Shown piece after piece: positions 17,657-24,758 of a stretch of 40,999 nucleotides of DNA. Source of the stretch: a virus; IMG/VR virus record IMGVR_UViG_3300018910_000004, positions 1 to 40,999 of that record; one strand, 5' to 3'. Both the position numbers and the translations under genes were made by a program. Position 1 is the stretch's first letter; each line of letters opens with the position of its first letter. The notes beneath the pieces were generated by a model, which was not told the origin of the DNA, ran no database searches, and saw nothing but the letters and a program-made list of their open reading frames with translations.

Positions 17657-17822
17657 CTACGTGGCAAAAGATTTAGAAATAACTCGAGATCGCATAGTCA
17701 TTCCACACGAACTAAGAAACGATGAGAATGATGAACCGTGGAGATTGTTTGCAACCGATACAAAGGACAGTAAACTTCGAGGATTTCACGTTGCAGGCAT
17801 TCAAGAGTTAAAAGTTGTGTAA
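17577..17822 (+). CDS. Hypothetical protein (81 aa), start uncertain
   Basis: Track ORF that overlaps 17381..17656 by 80 nt in another frame. Confidence 0.4.
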   Translation: MTMNTQQTLIKQKVEYALKFSKKLQFDYVAKDLEITRDRIVIPHELRNDENDEPWRLFATDTKDSKLRGFHVAGIQELKVV

Positions 17823-17845
17823 TAATAGAAATGAGGTGAAATCAC

Positions 17846-18067
17846 ATGGGAAGAAAAAAGAAGATTGAAGAGCCTAAGAAAAAATGGTATGTTATTTCTA
17901 GTAGTATTTATGGCAGTCTCGACGACGTAAAAAGACAAATCGAGGAATGGCAAGAAGAAGAAAGACTAGATGGAGATGCACGTATTTTTATAGTTGAGAA
18001 AGAAATTGAATTTCAAATAAAAGAAATGTGTGTTACAGAAGAACCAGAAGAGGTTAGAGGATACTAA
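17846..18067 (+). CDS. Hypothetical acidic protein (73 aa)
   Basis: GAGGTGA RBS 7 nt upstream of the ATG. Confidence 0.6.
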   Translation: MGRKKKIEEPKKKWYVISSSIYGSLDDVKRQIEEWQEEERLDGDARIFIVEKEIEFQIKEMCVTEEPEEVRGY

Positions 18068-18091
18068 TTAATAGAAAGGAGGTGACGACGT

Positions 18092-18238
18092 ATGGATAGT
18101 GGACACAAACCAACACAAGACGAGGTTAATGCTCGCAATGAGGAAAGCCGCCGACTTGACGCTGAGAAAGATAACAAGGAGATGACTCCTGAAGAAAAAG
18201 AACAGCGTGAAGTAGATAACCAAAGAGGCGCAGAGTAA
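18092..18238 (+). CDS. Hypothetical 48-aa charged protein
   Basis: AAAGGAGGTGA RBS 6 nt upstream. Hand-translated: MDSGHKPTQDEVNARNEESRRLDAEKDNKEM... Confidence 0.55.
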   Translation: MDSGHKPTQDEVNARNEESRRLDAEKDNKEMTPEEKEQREVDNQRGAE

Positions 18239-18320
18239 CTTCTTTTTCAGTTGTCTCTAATGAAAGGTGGGACGACTGATTTGGCAAGTTAGCCAGAAAT
18301 AGGAAAGGGGGTGAAAAAAT

Positions 18321-18590
18321 ATGATCGTAACATTGATAGTAGGATTAATCGCAGGACTTATAGCCGCTGCAGTCATGAAAACTTCATACCCATGGTATGT
18401 AGACATGATAATTGGTGTAATAGGAGCTTTCGTCGGAAGTTTCTTATTAGGATTACTTAATGCACCTACATATAGTGGTGCTGCACCAGGAGGAAATATC
18501 GTTTGGGATATTATTGTTGCAACCCTAGGAGCTATTGCTCTTATTGCTGTCACAAGATTTATCGCCGGACAAATGGATAGCCGAACATAA
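18321..18590 (+). CDS. GlsB/YeaQ/YmgE-family (transglycosylase-associated) small membrane protein
   Basis: Gly-zipper TM pattern IVGLIAGLIAAAV ... IIGVIGAFVGSFLLG ... ATLGAIALIAV. AAAGGGGGTGA RBS. Confidence 0.7.
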   Translation: MIVTLIVGLIAGLIAAAVMKTSYPWYVDMIIGVIGAFVGSFLLGLLNAPTYSGAAPGGNIVWDIIVATLGAIALIAVTRFIAGQMDSRT

Positions 18591-18596
18591 AAGTTA

Positions 18597-18625
18597 AGGG
18601 CGGGTGAGTAATACTTATCCGCCCT
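18597..18625 (+). other. GC-rich stem-loop after 18321..18590
   Basis: AGGGCGG pairs with CCGCCCT and the helix can be extended. No downstream U-tract on the plus strand. Confidence 0.45.
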
Positions 18626-18635
18626 AAATATAAAC

Positions 18636-18893
18636 ATGATAATAGAACCAATTAGACCATACATGCTTGTTGAGATAGAAAAAAAGGAAGAAAAAACGCC
18701 AGGTGGCATTATACTACTTGAAAGAAGAAAAGATAGCTTACAAGAAGGCAAACTCATTAAATCATCCTTACCCATGTGTAATAATCGTGTTGGAATGAAA
18801 GTATATTTCAAGATGTGGGCAGGAGAACCGGTTGACAATACAAATTATAAATTAGTACATATAAAAGACATCGTTGCTTATGAACAAACTTAA
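18636..18893 (+). CDS. groES: GroES/Cpn10-like co-chaperonin (85 aa)
   Basis: Aligns by eye to GroES: IEPIRPYMLVE vs IRPLHDRVIVK, EEKTPGGIIL vs ETKSAGGIVL, VGMKVYF vs VGDIVIF, and a C-terminal KDIVAY. Confidence 0.7.
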   Translation: MIIEPIRPYMLVEIEKKEEKTPGGIILLERRKDSLQEGKLIKSSLPMCNNRVGMKVYFKMWAGEPVDNTNYKLVHIKDIVAYEQT

Positions 18894-19065
18894 TACAATG
18901 CTATGGATATATTCAGGGATTTGGTTAACAGCCCTCTTTATATTCCTCATATACGCCATGCTAAAACTTAATATAGATTTATTAGGCTACATAGCGCTAT
19001 CTATTGCACCCTTCGCTTTATTAACACTAAAGATTGGGAGAAAACACTTGACAAATTTAGAATAA
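18874..19065 (+). CDS. Small membrane protein (63 aa; the likelier start is ATG 18898, just after the groES stop)
   Basis: Two hydrophobic segments. Confidence 0.5.
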   Translation: MLMNKLNTMLWIYSGIWLTALFIFLIYAMLKLNIDLLGYIALSIAPFALLTLKIGRKHLTNLE

Positions 19066-19076
19066 TATACTAGATT
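19048..19076 (+). promoter_or_regulatory. Sigma-70-type promoter overlapping the end of 18874..19065
   Basis: TTGACA (19048..19053), 17 nt, TAGATT (19071..19076). Confidence 0.5.
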
Positions 19077-19185
19077 ATTTATAGACAACACAGAGAAAAT
19101 ATCTAGCTGATATTTAAACAGTTGTACGTTGGGCTTTGGCTTAGCTAGAGCCTACTCTGTGAGCCCAGCGTAGAGCTGTTTTTTT

Positions 19186-19410
19186 ATGGACAATCCACCA
19201 CAACAAACAACAATCAAACTGACTCCCCTACAACTTCTTAAAAAGAATGCGCCCGCCATATACCAAACATACTCCAACAAAATGATCAATAAACTTACCA
19301 ATGAGATACACGCACTCGAATTTGATCTTAAACATTCAATGGAAGAAAACAAACAGAAGATTATAGAGCTGATTACAGAAAAGAAAAATGAGCTTGCCCT
19401 ATTCGATTAA
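19186..19410 (+). CDS. Hypothetical coiled-coil protein (74 aa)
   Basis: Track ORF preceded by a roughly 100-nt structured leader that ends in T7 immediately before the ATG. Confidence 0.55.
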   Translation: MDNPPQQTTIKLTPLQLLKKNAPAIYQTYSNKMINKLTNEIHALEFDLKHSMEENKQKIIELITEKKNELALFD

Positions 19411-19492
19411 CAAAAAGGAGTCCCGAAGGACTCCTAATTGTTGAAAGCTAAAAAGTACGACTAGGGGTTTAATCTAAGCGGATACTTTTTAT
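19411..19492 (-). ncRNA. Candidate phage small RNA of about 80 nt
   Basis: Bounded by a consensus promoter (19499..19527, minus) and the terminator at 19412..19435. No AUG. A 5' domain has an 8-bp stem (19483..19490 with 19450..19457) closing a 25-nt loop. Confidence 0.55.
19412..19440. terminator. Bidirectional intrinsic terminator
   Basis: 8-bp GC-rich stem AGGAGTCC / GGACTCCT with a 4-nt loop (UUCG on the minus strand). Flanked by AAAAA on the left, which gives U5 for the minus transcript. Confidence 0.75.
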
Positions 19493-19498
19493 AGAAGT

Positions 19499-19527
19499 AC
19501 TATACCATACAAAGCGTTATTTGTCAA
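19499..19527 (-). promoter_or_regulatory. Minus-strand sigma-70 promoter with extended -10
   Basis: Reverse complement reads TCTTGACAAATAACGCTTTGTATGGTATAGT: TTGACA, 17 nt, TATAGT with a TGG prefix. Near-identical to the plus-strand promoters at 9613 and 15016. Confidence 0.65.
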
Positions 19528-19784
19528 GAGAGCTATTAAAGTCGTGAGGGGTACAGCAGATGGCGACTATAAATCGGTGCAACTCCGAATAAGAAATAAC
19601 TAGGCACATGTTCTTAGAAAGCGGACTGCTAGAAGTGAGTGACGCCTTACACCCGGCTAATAGGAAGGGTGTAACCAAACACGGAATGAACCGGATAAAT
19701 ACCTTAATAGAGGGGGTAGGGGGGAGTTGAATCCCAATCCGGAATAGAATATTTAAAAATACAATTCCTATTTAAAAATAAGTA

Positions 19785-19812
19785 TTGCAAAATTTAAAGA
19801 TAAGAGTATATT
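19785..19812 (+). promoter_or_regulatory. Candidate promoter with a leaderless start
   Basis: TTGCAA, 16 nt, TATATT, then ATG 19819 beginning 7 nt after the -10. Confidence 0.45.
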
Positions 19813-19818
19813 CAAAGT

Positions 19819-20211
19819 ATGGAACAAGAACAAAAGGGAGAAATAGAAACCTTTAGTCCACCAGAACAGGATAGAATAGTACAATATCAACGTATGCTTC
19901 ATTTAGTAGATTCAGCTTCAAGAGATCTTCAAGATAGAAACCCCACAGTCTTTGTATATAAATATGCGGATGAGAAACAGCCTCCACGCTATATGTATAC
20001 CATAGATGAATGTTTTATAGAAGGTATGCAGCATGCGGCGGAGAACTTAAAAAAGAAATATTCGGCGTCCCCTCATATGAAGCGAGCATTTGAGAATATA
20101 GACGAGGCGTATAGGATTGAGAAAGAAACCGAGGAGGCTTATCAAATCCGAGACTGTGAAAAGATGTGGGAAAATGGTATGCCAGTATACGATGACCCAA
20201 ATAACTATTGA
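19819..20211 (+). CDS. Hypothetical protein (130 aa)
   Basis: Track ORF. No motif recognised. Confidence 0.6.
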   Translation: MEQEQKGEIETFSPPEQDRIVQYQRMLHLVDSASRDLQDRNPTVFVYKYADEKQPPRYMYTIDECFIEGMQHAAENLKKKYSASPHMKRAFENIDEAYRIEKETEEAYQIRDCEKMWENGMPVYDDPNNY

Positions 20212-20236
20212 CATTTATCGTATTATATGGTATACT
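20208..20236 (+). promoter_or_regulatory. Sigma-70 promoter with extended -10
   Basis: TTGACA, 17 nt ending in TGG, TATACT, then ATG 20247 ten nt downstream. Confidence 0.65.
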
Positions 20237-20246
20237 AAGATATAAC

Positions 20247-20477
20247 ATGGAAGCTAAAGATATATCAACACCAATTCTTTCCGAAATTAAAACACTAGAA
20301 ATAAAACCAGAAGGACGTTATCTTTTGGTACTCCCCAAGTCCAGTGCTGGCACAGAGGCTGAACTTACTCAGCTTAATGAAGCTCTTAAAAACTTATTTG
20401 GAAGCGCTCGTGTATTAGCAATTTTTGTTAACGAAATAAGTGATGTAAAAATCGCTGCGTTAATGGAGGAAAAATAA
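20247..20477 (+). CDS. Hypothetical protein (76 aa)
   Basis: The track ORF 20208..20477 begins inside the promoter. The internal ATG 20247 (MEAKDIST...) fits the promoter geometry. Confidence 0.55.
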   Translation: MEAKDISTPILSEIKTLEIKPEGRYLLVLPKSSAGTEAELTQLNEALKNLFGSARVLAIFVNEISDVKIAALMEEK

Positions 20478-20513
20478 AGGGATTTATTATTAAAAATTTA
20501 TACACACAACAAT

Positions 20514-20771
20514 ATGAGTATAAGAAATAGCACGTTGGGTGGGAGACAGAAAATAAGTTTGAAAGAGCGCGATGTTCTTATTTACGGCGACGAGAAAATA
20601 TTAATATTCTCGACCGAAGATAATAACGATTTGTTAAGTTCAGACAAATTAATGGATATTGCCATCGGCTTCTTAGAAGAGGAAAAATATTTATTTGATA
20701 AAAAAGAAGATTTTAATAAATTTGTAGACGATTATATTAAAGAATTACAATCTATTAAAAGAAAAAAATAA
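20514..20771 (+). CDS. Hypothetical protein (85 aa)
   Basis: Track ORF. Confidence 0.55.
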   Translation: MSIRNSTLGGRQKISLKERDVLIYGDEKILIFSTEDNNDLLSSDKLMDIAIGFLEEEKYLFDKKEDFNKFVDDYIKELQSIKRKK

Positions 20772-20772
20772 T

Positions 20773-21003
20773 ATGGCAGACACAAGAATACATTTGGTAA
20801 AAGAATTAGAAGCACGATTACCTAGGGGTAATACTTCTATCACAAGCGACTTGCTGCAGATAATAGCAAAAGCTAAGGCTGGGTATTATCATGACTTTGA
20901 ATCACCTGTAGCAACGCCAAAGATGGAATTAGTAAAAGATCTACGCGATGTTGGATTTACTGATATAGCGTCCAGAGTTATCAATGGAGATTATGATGAA
21001 TAA
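20773..21003 (+). CDS. Hypothetical protein (76 aa)
   Basis: Track ORF, abutting the upstream stop. Confidence 0.55.
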   Translation: MADTRIHLVKELEARLPRGNTSITSDLLQIIAKAKAGYYHDFESPVATPKMELVKDLRDVGFTDIASRVINGDYDE

Positions 21004-21145
21004 TTACACACCACTTAAACTTATGACCGTTAAAGAACATGAAGCCAAATTAGTTGCAATGTTTTTAGGGATCATTGTAACCATATTATTAATTGTACTT
21101 GGAGTATGGTTTTTCTCTAACAATCCTCCTCCATCTATTAAATGA
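20993..21145 (+). CDS. Small single-TM membrane protein (50 aa)
   Basis: Hand-translated: MMNNYTPLKLMTVKEHEAKLVAMFLGIIVTILLIVLGVWFFSNNPPPSIK. ATGA overlap with the next gene. Confidence 0.5.
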   Translation: MMNNYTPLKLMTVKEHEAKLVAMFLGIIVTILLIVLGVWFFSNNPPPSIK

Positions 21146-21900
21146 CTATTAAACATTTTTTATATAACAATACCGTTGAGCTTGAGTTTGATGAAGAAAA
21201 GCATTTATATCATATAGGTCAAACTAAGGTTGATGGAGTCACAGGAGTTCTTACAGTCATCAACAAACCAGCTCTTATCTTTTGGGCAGTTAATAAGGCT
21301 GTCTCTTTTCTTGAGAAAACATTTGTAGCCGGCAAAGTCTATGATGAAATGCAGGTTAAGGAAATGTTAGACACCGCAAAGACCGCACATCGTAAGAGTT
21401 CCAGCGAAGCATCTAACCTAGGAAAGTTTGTGCATCAATGGATAGAAGATTATATTGCGGGTAAGAACCCAGCAATACCGGTGAACCCTCAAATGAAATT
21501 TGCGATAGATAGTTTTCTTAAATGGGAGAAAGATCACAATGTAAAGTTTTTAAAATCCGAACAGATTGTATATTCGAAAGAATTTAAGTATGCAGGTACG
21601 CTAGATTTTACCTGTGAGTATGACGGGAAAAAATACTTAGGAGACTTTAAAACATCAACCGCTATATATGATGAGTATTGGTTACAAACCGCTGCTTATC
21701 AACACGCTTACTTAGAGGAATTTCCTAATGAAAAAATTGATGGTACTATAATAGTAAGGATAGGGAAAGATGGTACTGTAGACTTTGAAGCTAGTACGCC
21801 GGAAGATTATAAAAAAGATTTCAACGCTTTCTTAGGAGCTCTCATGTTGCGAAGAAGGTTAGAAGAACGTAAGTTTAATAAAACACAAAATGGACAGTAG
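21142..21900 (+). CDS. PD-(D/E)XK nuclease (RecB/Cas4-like phage exonuclease)
   Basis: GTLDF ... YLGDFKTS (D...D-x-K) followed by QTAAYQHAY (QxxxY). Confidence 0.65.
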   Translation: MTIKHFLYNNTVELEFDEEKHLYHIGQTKVDGVTGVLTVINKPALIFWAVNKAVSFLEKTFVAGKVYDEMQVKEMLDTAKTAHRKSSSEASNLGKFVHQWIEDYIAGKNPAIPVNPQMKFAIDSFLKWEKDHNVKFLKSEQIVYSKEFKYAGTLDFTCEYDGKKYLGDFKTSTAIYDEYWLQTAAYQHAYLEEFPNEKIDGTIIVRIGKDGTVDFEASTPEDYKKDFNAFLGALMLRRRLEERKFNKTQNGQ

Positions 21901-22219
21901 TAAATTAGCCAATCTGACTAAATTAAATAATCATATAGACGAACAAGTAGAAGAGTTTGTAAAAGCTACATCTAATCAACGGGCATATATTATAGAGAGC
22001 CAAATTAAACAAGATTTATCCTTATTCGCAGCGCATGAAATTGAAACACTATTAATGAGTTGTATAAAAGGAATGTCACATGATGTAGCACGTATGATAG
22101 TAGATAAATTTAATATTGAAGTTGCATATGAAAAAGGTAACACAACCAATCCTTTACACGATCAGATGATTTTAAGATTAAGGTTGATTGAAAAAAGTAC
22201 AGGTAAGATAATAGAATAA
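21890..22219 (+). CDS. Hypothetical protein (109 aa)
   Basis: Track ORF. Confidence 0.55.
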   Translation: MDSSKLANLTKLNNHIDEQVEEFVKATSNQRAYIIESQIKQDLSLFAAHEIETLLMSCIKGMSHDVARMIVDKFNIEVAYEKGNTTNPLHDQMILRLRLIEKSTGKIIE

Positions 22220-22242
22220 CGGTTAATTATTATTAATAATAT

Positions 22243-22449
22243 ATGAAAAAAACATTAACAGCTATAGACATTAAACAGCCAGCGGGTAAACCTATATATA
22301 GTAAGGGTGTAGCGCATTTTAGAATTACAGAAGAATTCAGAGAGTTTATAGACCGCTGTGAAAAGAAACACGGTGTTATAGGTTTTGAATACACTAAAGG
22401 AGAATTGAGTTTAGGAGTATTGTTAGGAGATAAAGGGGGTGAAGAATAA
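22243..22449 (+). CDS. Hypothetical protein (68 aa)
   Basis: Track ORF. The antisense ORF 22233..22517 is judged to be a shadow. Confidence 0.55.
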   Translation: MKKTLTAIDIKQPAGKPIYSKGVAHFRITEEFREFIDRCEKKHGVIGFEYTKGELSLGVLLGDKGGEE

Positions 22450-22620
22450 ATGTACGATTCAGCAAATGATATTGAGATTAAATGTATAGGATGTGGAAAG
22501 AATTTTATCTTTACCACAAGAGATCAGGATTTTTACGCTGAGAAAGGATATTCAGATCCAAAGCGTTGTTATAGTTGTCGAAAGGCAAAAAAGTTAGAAA
22601 GAGAAAAAAATGACCGTTAA
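22450..22620 (+). CDS. Zinc-ribbon protein (56 aa), zf-trcl-like
   Basis: AAAGGGGGTGA RBS. IKCIGCGKNFIFTTRDQDFYAEKGYSDPKRCYSCRKAKK. Confidence 0.55.
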   Translation: MYDSANDIEIKCIGCGKNFIFTTRDQDFYAEKGYSDPKRCYSCRKAKKLEREKNDR

Positions 22621-22921
22621 TAAAGGAATATTTAAACCGGATAAGTATATAAAGCATGTCTCATTTAGCCGAGCTGTTTTATGGAAGAATAGAGAGTTGT
22701 CTTTACCACCCTCTATTATGAAAAAAATAGAGAAAGAAAAGATACCTCTTATCAGATTTATAGATGACGGCAAGCAAGAACAATGGGATTTTGATACTGA
22801 AGATGTAGTCCGACTTATGATGCTAAAACAGGTAGGACAAGAGAAACAGTATTATTTCCCAATAGGACTAGCCAAAAGATATAAGCCTGATGAAACTAGA
22901 ACTAAATTAATACGAATATGA
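22610..22921 (+). CDS. Hypothetical protein (103 aa)
   Basis: Track ORF. Confidence 0.55.
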   Translation: MTVNKGIFKPDKYIKHVSFSRAVLWKNRELSLPPSIMKKIEKEKIPLIRFIDDGKQEQWDFDTEDVVRLMMLKQVGQEKQYYFPIGLAKRYKPDETRTKLIRI

Positions 22922-22991
22922 AAAGTCTTGTATATAAAAAAGTACCAGTAATGGAGAATTTAGAAGTTGAGAAATGGGAGGAGGAAACACT

Positions 22992-23210
22992 ATGGACAAA
23001 ACTGACTTATCTACTGCAGAGGATATTGAGATTTTTGAAGGGGTAGGAGAAAAGATTATGAGCGGAAGTTTTCGCTTTACCTATAATCCTAAAGAAGAAA
23101 AATTCGATGCCTTTATAGAAAGATTTGATATGTATTGGAATCAACTAAGAACATCATGTTTAAGAAAAGCAGCTCGTGATCAGGGATTAGATATTAAATT
23201 TGAGGATTAA
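22992..23210 (+). CDS. Hypothetical protein (72 aa)
   Basis: GGAGG lies 7 nt upstream of ATG 22992. The track start 22974 lacks an RBS. Confidence 0.55.
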   Translation: MDKTDLSTAEDIEIFEGVGEKIMSGSFRFTYNPKEEKFDAFIERFDMYWNQLRTSCLRKAARDQGLDIKFED

Positions 23211-23227
23211 TAAAGCGTGATAGTATT

Positions 23228-23416
23228 ATGGAAAAATTTAATGGAGTACCACCAGAAGAATTAGGGATAGAAATACTAGGTTTTTGTGTTCCTTATGAGA
23301 TATTAGGAGTAACCGGATATGAAGAACAAGATTTAACTGATGCTGATCAATTTACAACACAACAAATAGAAGTGCTAGAAAAAGAGGGAGTTATATTTGA
23401 AGATAAATTAAAATAA
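23228..23416 (+). CDS. Hypothetical acidic protein (62 aa)
   Basis: Track ORF. Confidence 0.5.
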   Translation: MEKFNGVPPEELGIEILGFCVPYEILGVTGYEEQDLTDADQFTTQQIEVLEKEGVIFEDKLK

Positions 23417-23418
23417 TT

Positions 23419-23529
23419 ATGAAAGAAACAATACGATTTATAATAACAATACCGTTTATACTCATATATGTAGGCGTATCTATAATACTTGAGAAATTAG
23501 GTATATTAAAAGTTAAAGATGTAGAATAA
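23419..23529 (+). CDS. 36-aa membrane peptide
   Basis: Hand-translated: MKETIRFIITIPFILIYVGVSIILEKLGILKVKDVE. Fills the gap exactly. Confidence 0.4.
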   Translation: MKETIRFIITIPFILIYVGVSIILEKLGILKVKDVE

Positions 23530-23530
23530 T

Positions 23531-23845
23531 ATGGGAGGATTTGATTTAACAGATATAGCAGGAAATTCAGAAGGCGTTGCACCAACAACAACTAATGAAC
23601 CGTTATATCAGGTAAACAATAGAGGTTCTCGCAATCCTTTTGCTGAAGAAACCGAAGAAGCACCAAGTGCTCCTAGGGTTGACAAACAGGAGGTTGAGCG
23701 TACTATAATAAAGGAAGAACCGCAAGATGGAAAAGAGAAATTATGGGATATAACAAGTGAGGCTCATTCAGGAGGTCAGTTTAAAGCTGGCGAAGTGGAT
23801 GAAAAACATTTAGAATTTCTTAAAGATACTGAAATTATTGAATGA
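23531..23845 (+). CDS. Acidic, probably disordered protein (104 aa)
   Basis: Track ORF rich in E, D and P. Confidence 0.55.
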   Translation: MGGFDLTDIAGNSEGVAPTTTNEPLYQVNNRGSRNPFAEETEEAPSAPRVDKQEVERTIIKEEPQDGKEKLWDITSEAHSGGQFKAGEVDEKHLEFLKDTEIIE

Positions 23846-23891
23846 TATTCGACTTTTATAAAGTTCGAGTTAGAAAGGGGGTGAAGAAAAT

Positions 23892-24452
23892 ATGGCAAAC
23901 AAAAATACCAAGGTCACGGATGAAAGTGGAACAATGAAGGCGGCAACGTCTGAAACTGCAAAAGATAACGAATTTGCAGACTACAATAAACCTATGCAAC
24001 CTATTACCCCAGACGGTAATAAGTCTGTAGCAGGTGGAGTTCCAGGAGTAGATCCGGGAGTAAATTATGCTGAAGCTGATGCAGATCTTGTAGATCCTAA
24101 ATTAGTAGAAGCTGCTCAACTACGCCCACGAGGTGCACAGGGAGGCTCCCAAACAGACCGTCTTACCGGAATCCAGCAAAAAATGCAAGGTGCTGGAAGG
24201 AAAGATGAACCTTCTGCTCGTGGTACTGTTAAAGTTGGCGATGAATATGTCAACATGGCAGGACACCCACCTGGTTTACCAGGAGAGGAAAAAGTAGAAA
24301 AGAAAGGTGTTAGTATTCGCTCAGCCGATGGTAGATCACTTTATGTGTCTATTAATGGTCAAAAATGGGAAGGTACGGAACTTACTGTTCCTGAAAAATA
24401 TGCTAATGAAGCAAAAAGAATTCTCATGGAAGGCGGATATTACATTAAATAA
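23892..24452 (+). CDS. Hypothetical protein (186 aa) with a disordered N-terminal half
   Basis: AAAGGGGGTGA RBS 7 nt upstream. Confidence 0.65.
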   Translation: MANKNTKVTDESGTMKAATSETAKDNEFADYNKPMQPITPDGNKSVAGGVPGVDPGVNYAEADADLVDPKLVEAAQLRPRGAQGGSQTDRLTGIQQKMQGAGRKDEPSARGTVKVGDEYVNMAGHPPGLPGEEKVEKKGVSIRSADGRSLYVSINGQKWEGTELTVPEKYANEAKRILMEGGYYIK

Positions 24453-24464
24453 GCCATAAAACCT

Positions 24465-24758
24465 ATGTTTAAGCCCGATAAACATAAACAAGAGACAAAA
24501 CAGTTTACCGTCAGCAATGACGAATTATCTGAATTGTCCTTCTTGGCGACGGTGCTACGGATAAAGCAGGAAGAATTAGCCTTCTTTTCCGAACGACTCC
24601 GGCAAGTCCGAGCCGGGGTTGAGCGCCGCTATAGCCTGAATGAAACATTTGAAGTAGATTGGAGTCATGTATTCCCCGAAGGTAAAATATTTGCCAAAAA
24701 GCGTCCGTTACAAGAGGCTCCTAAAGATGGCAACGAATTACAGCAGGAGTCGAAGTAG
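24465..24758 (+). CDS. Hypothetical protein (97 aa)
   Basis: Track ORF. Confidence 0.55.
   Translation: MFKPDKHKQETKQFTVSNDELSELSFLATVLRIKQEELAFFSERLRQVRAGVERRYSLNETFEVDWSHVFPEGKIFAKKRPLQEAPKDGNELQQESK

Noticed and set aside
18257-18838. 193-aa minus-strand ORF
   Set aside because: It is antisense to three well-supported plus-strand genes (the GlsB-like gene with its strong RBS, the hairpin and groES). It is hydrophobic only because it mirrors a Gly/Ala/Ile-rich membrane gene.
19608-19730. 40-codon ORF (MFLESGLLEVSDALHPANRKGV...) inside the GC-rich island
   Set aside because: It has no RBS or promoter-proximal geometry, and its composition is atypical for the genome. It is kept only as an alternative explanation under the GC-island finding.
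19690-19745. tRNA or tRNA-like element (GGGGAGTTGAATCCCAATCC resembles a T-arm)
   Set aside because: Only a 4-bp stem with a 6-nt loop can be drawn, and no acceptor, D or anticodon arms could be built on either strand.
22918-23050. ORF of about 43 codons starting at ATG 22918 (MKSLVYKKVPVMENLEVEKW...)
   Set aside because: It overlaps the better-supported ORF 22992..23210, which has a GGAGG RBS, in another frame, and it has no start signal of its own. It cannot be excluded.
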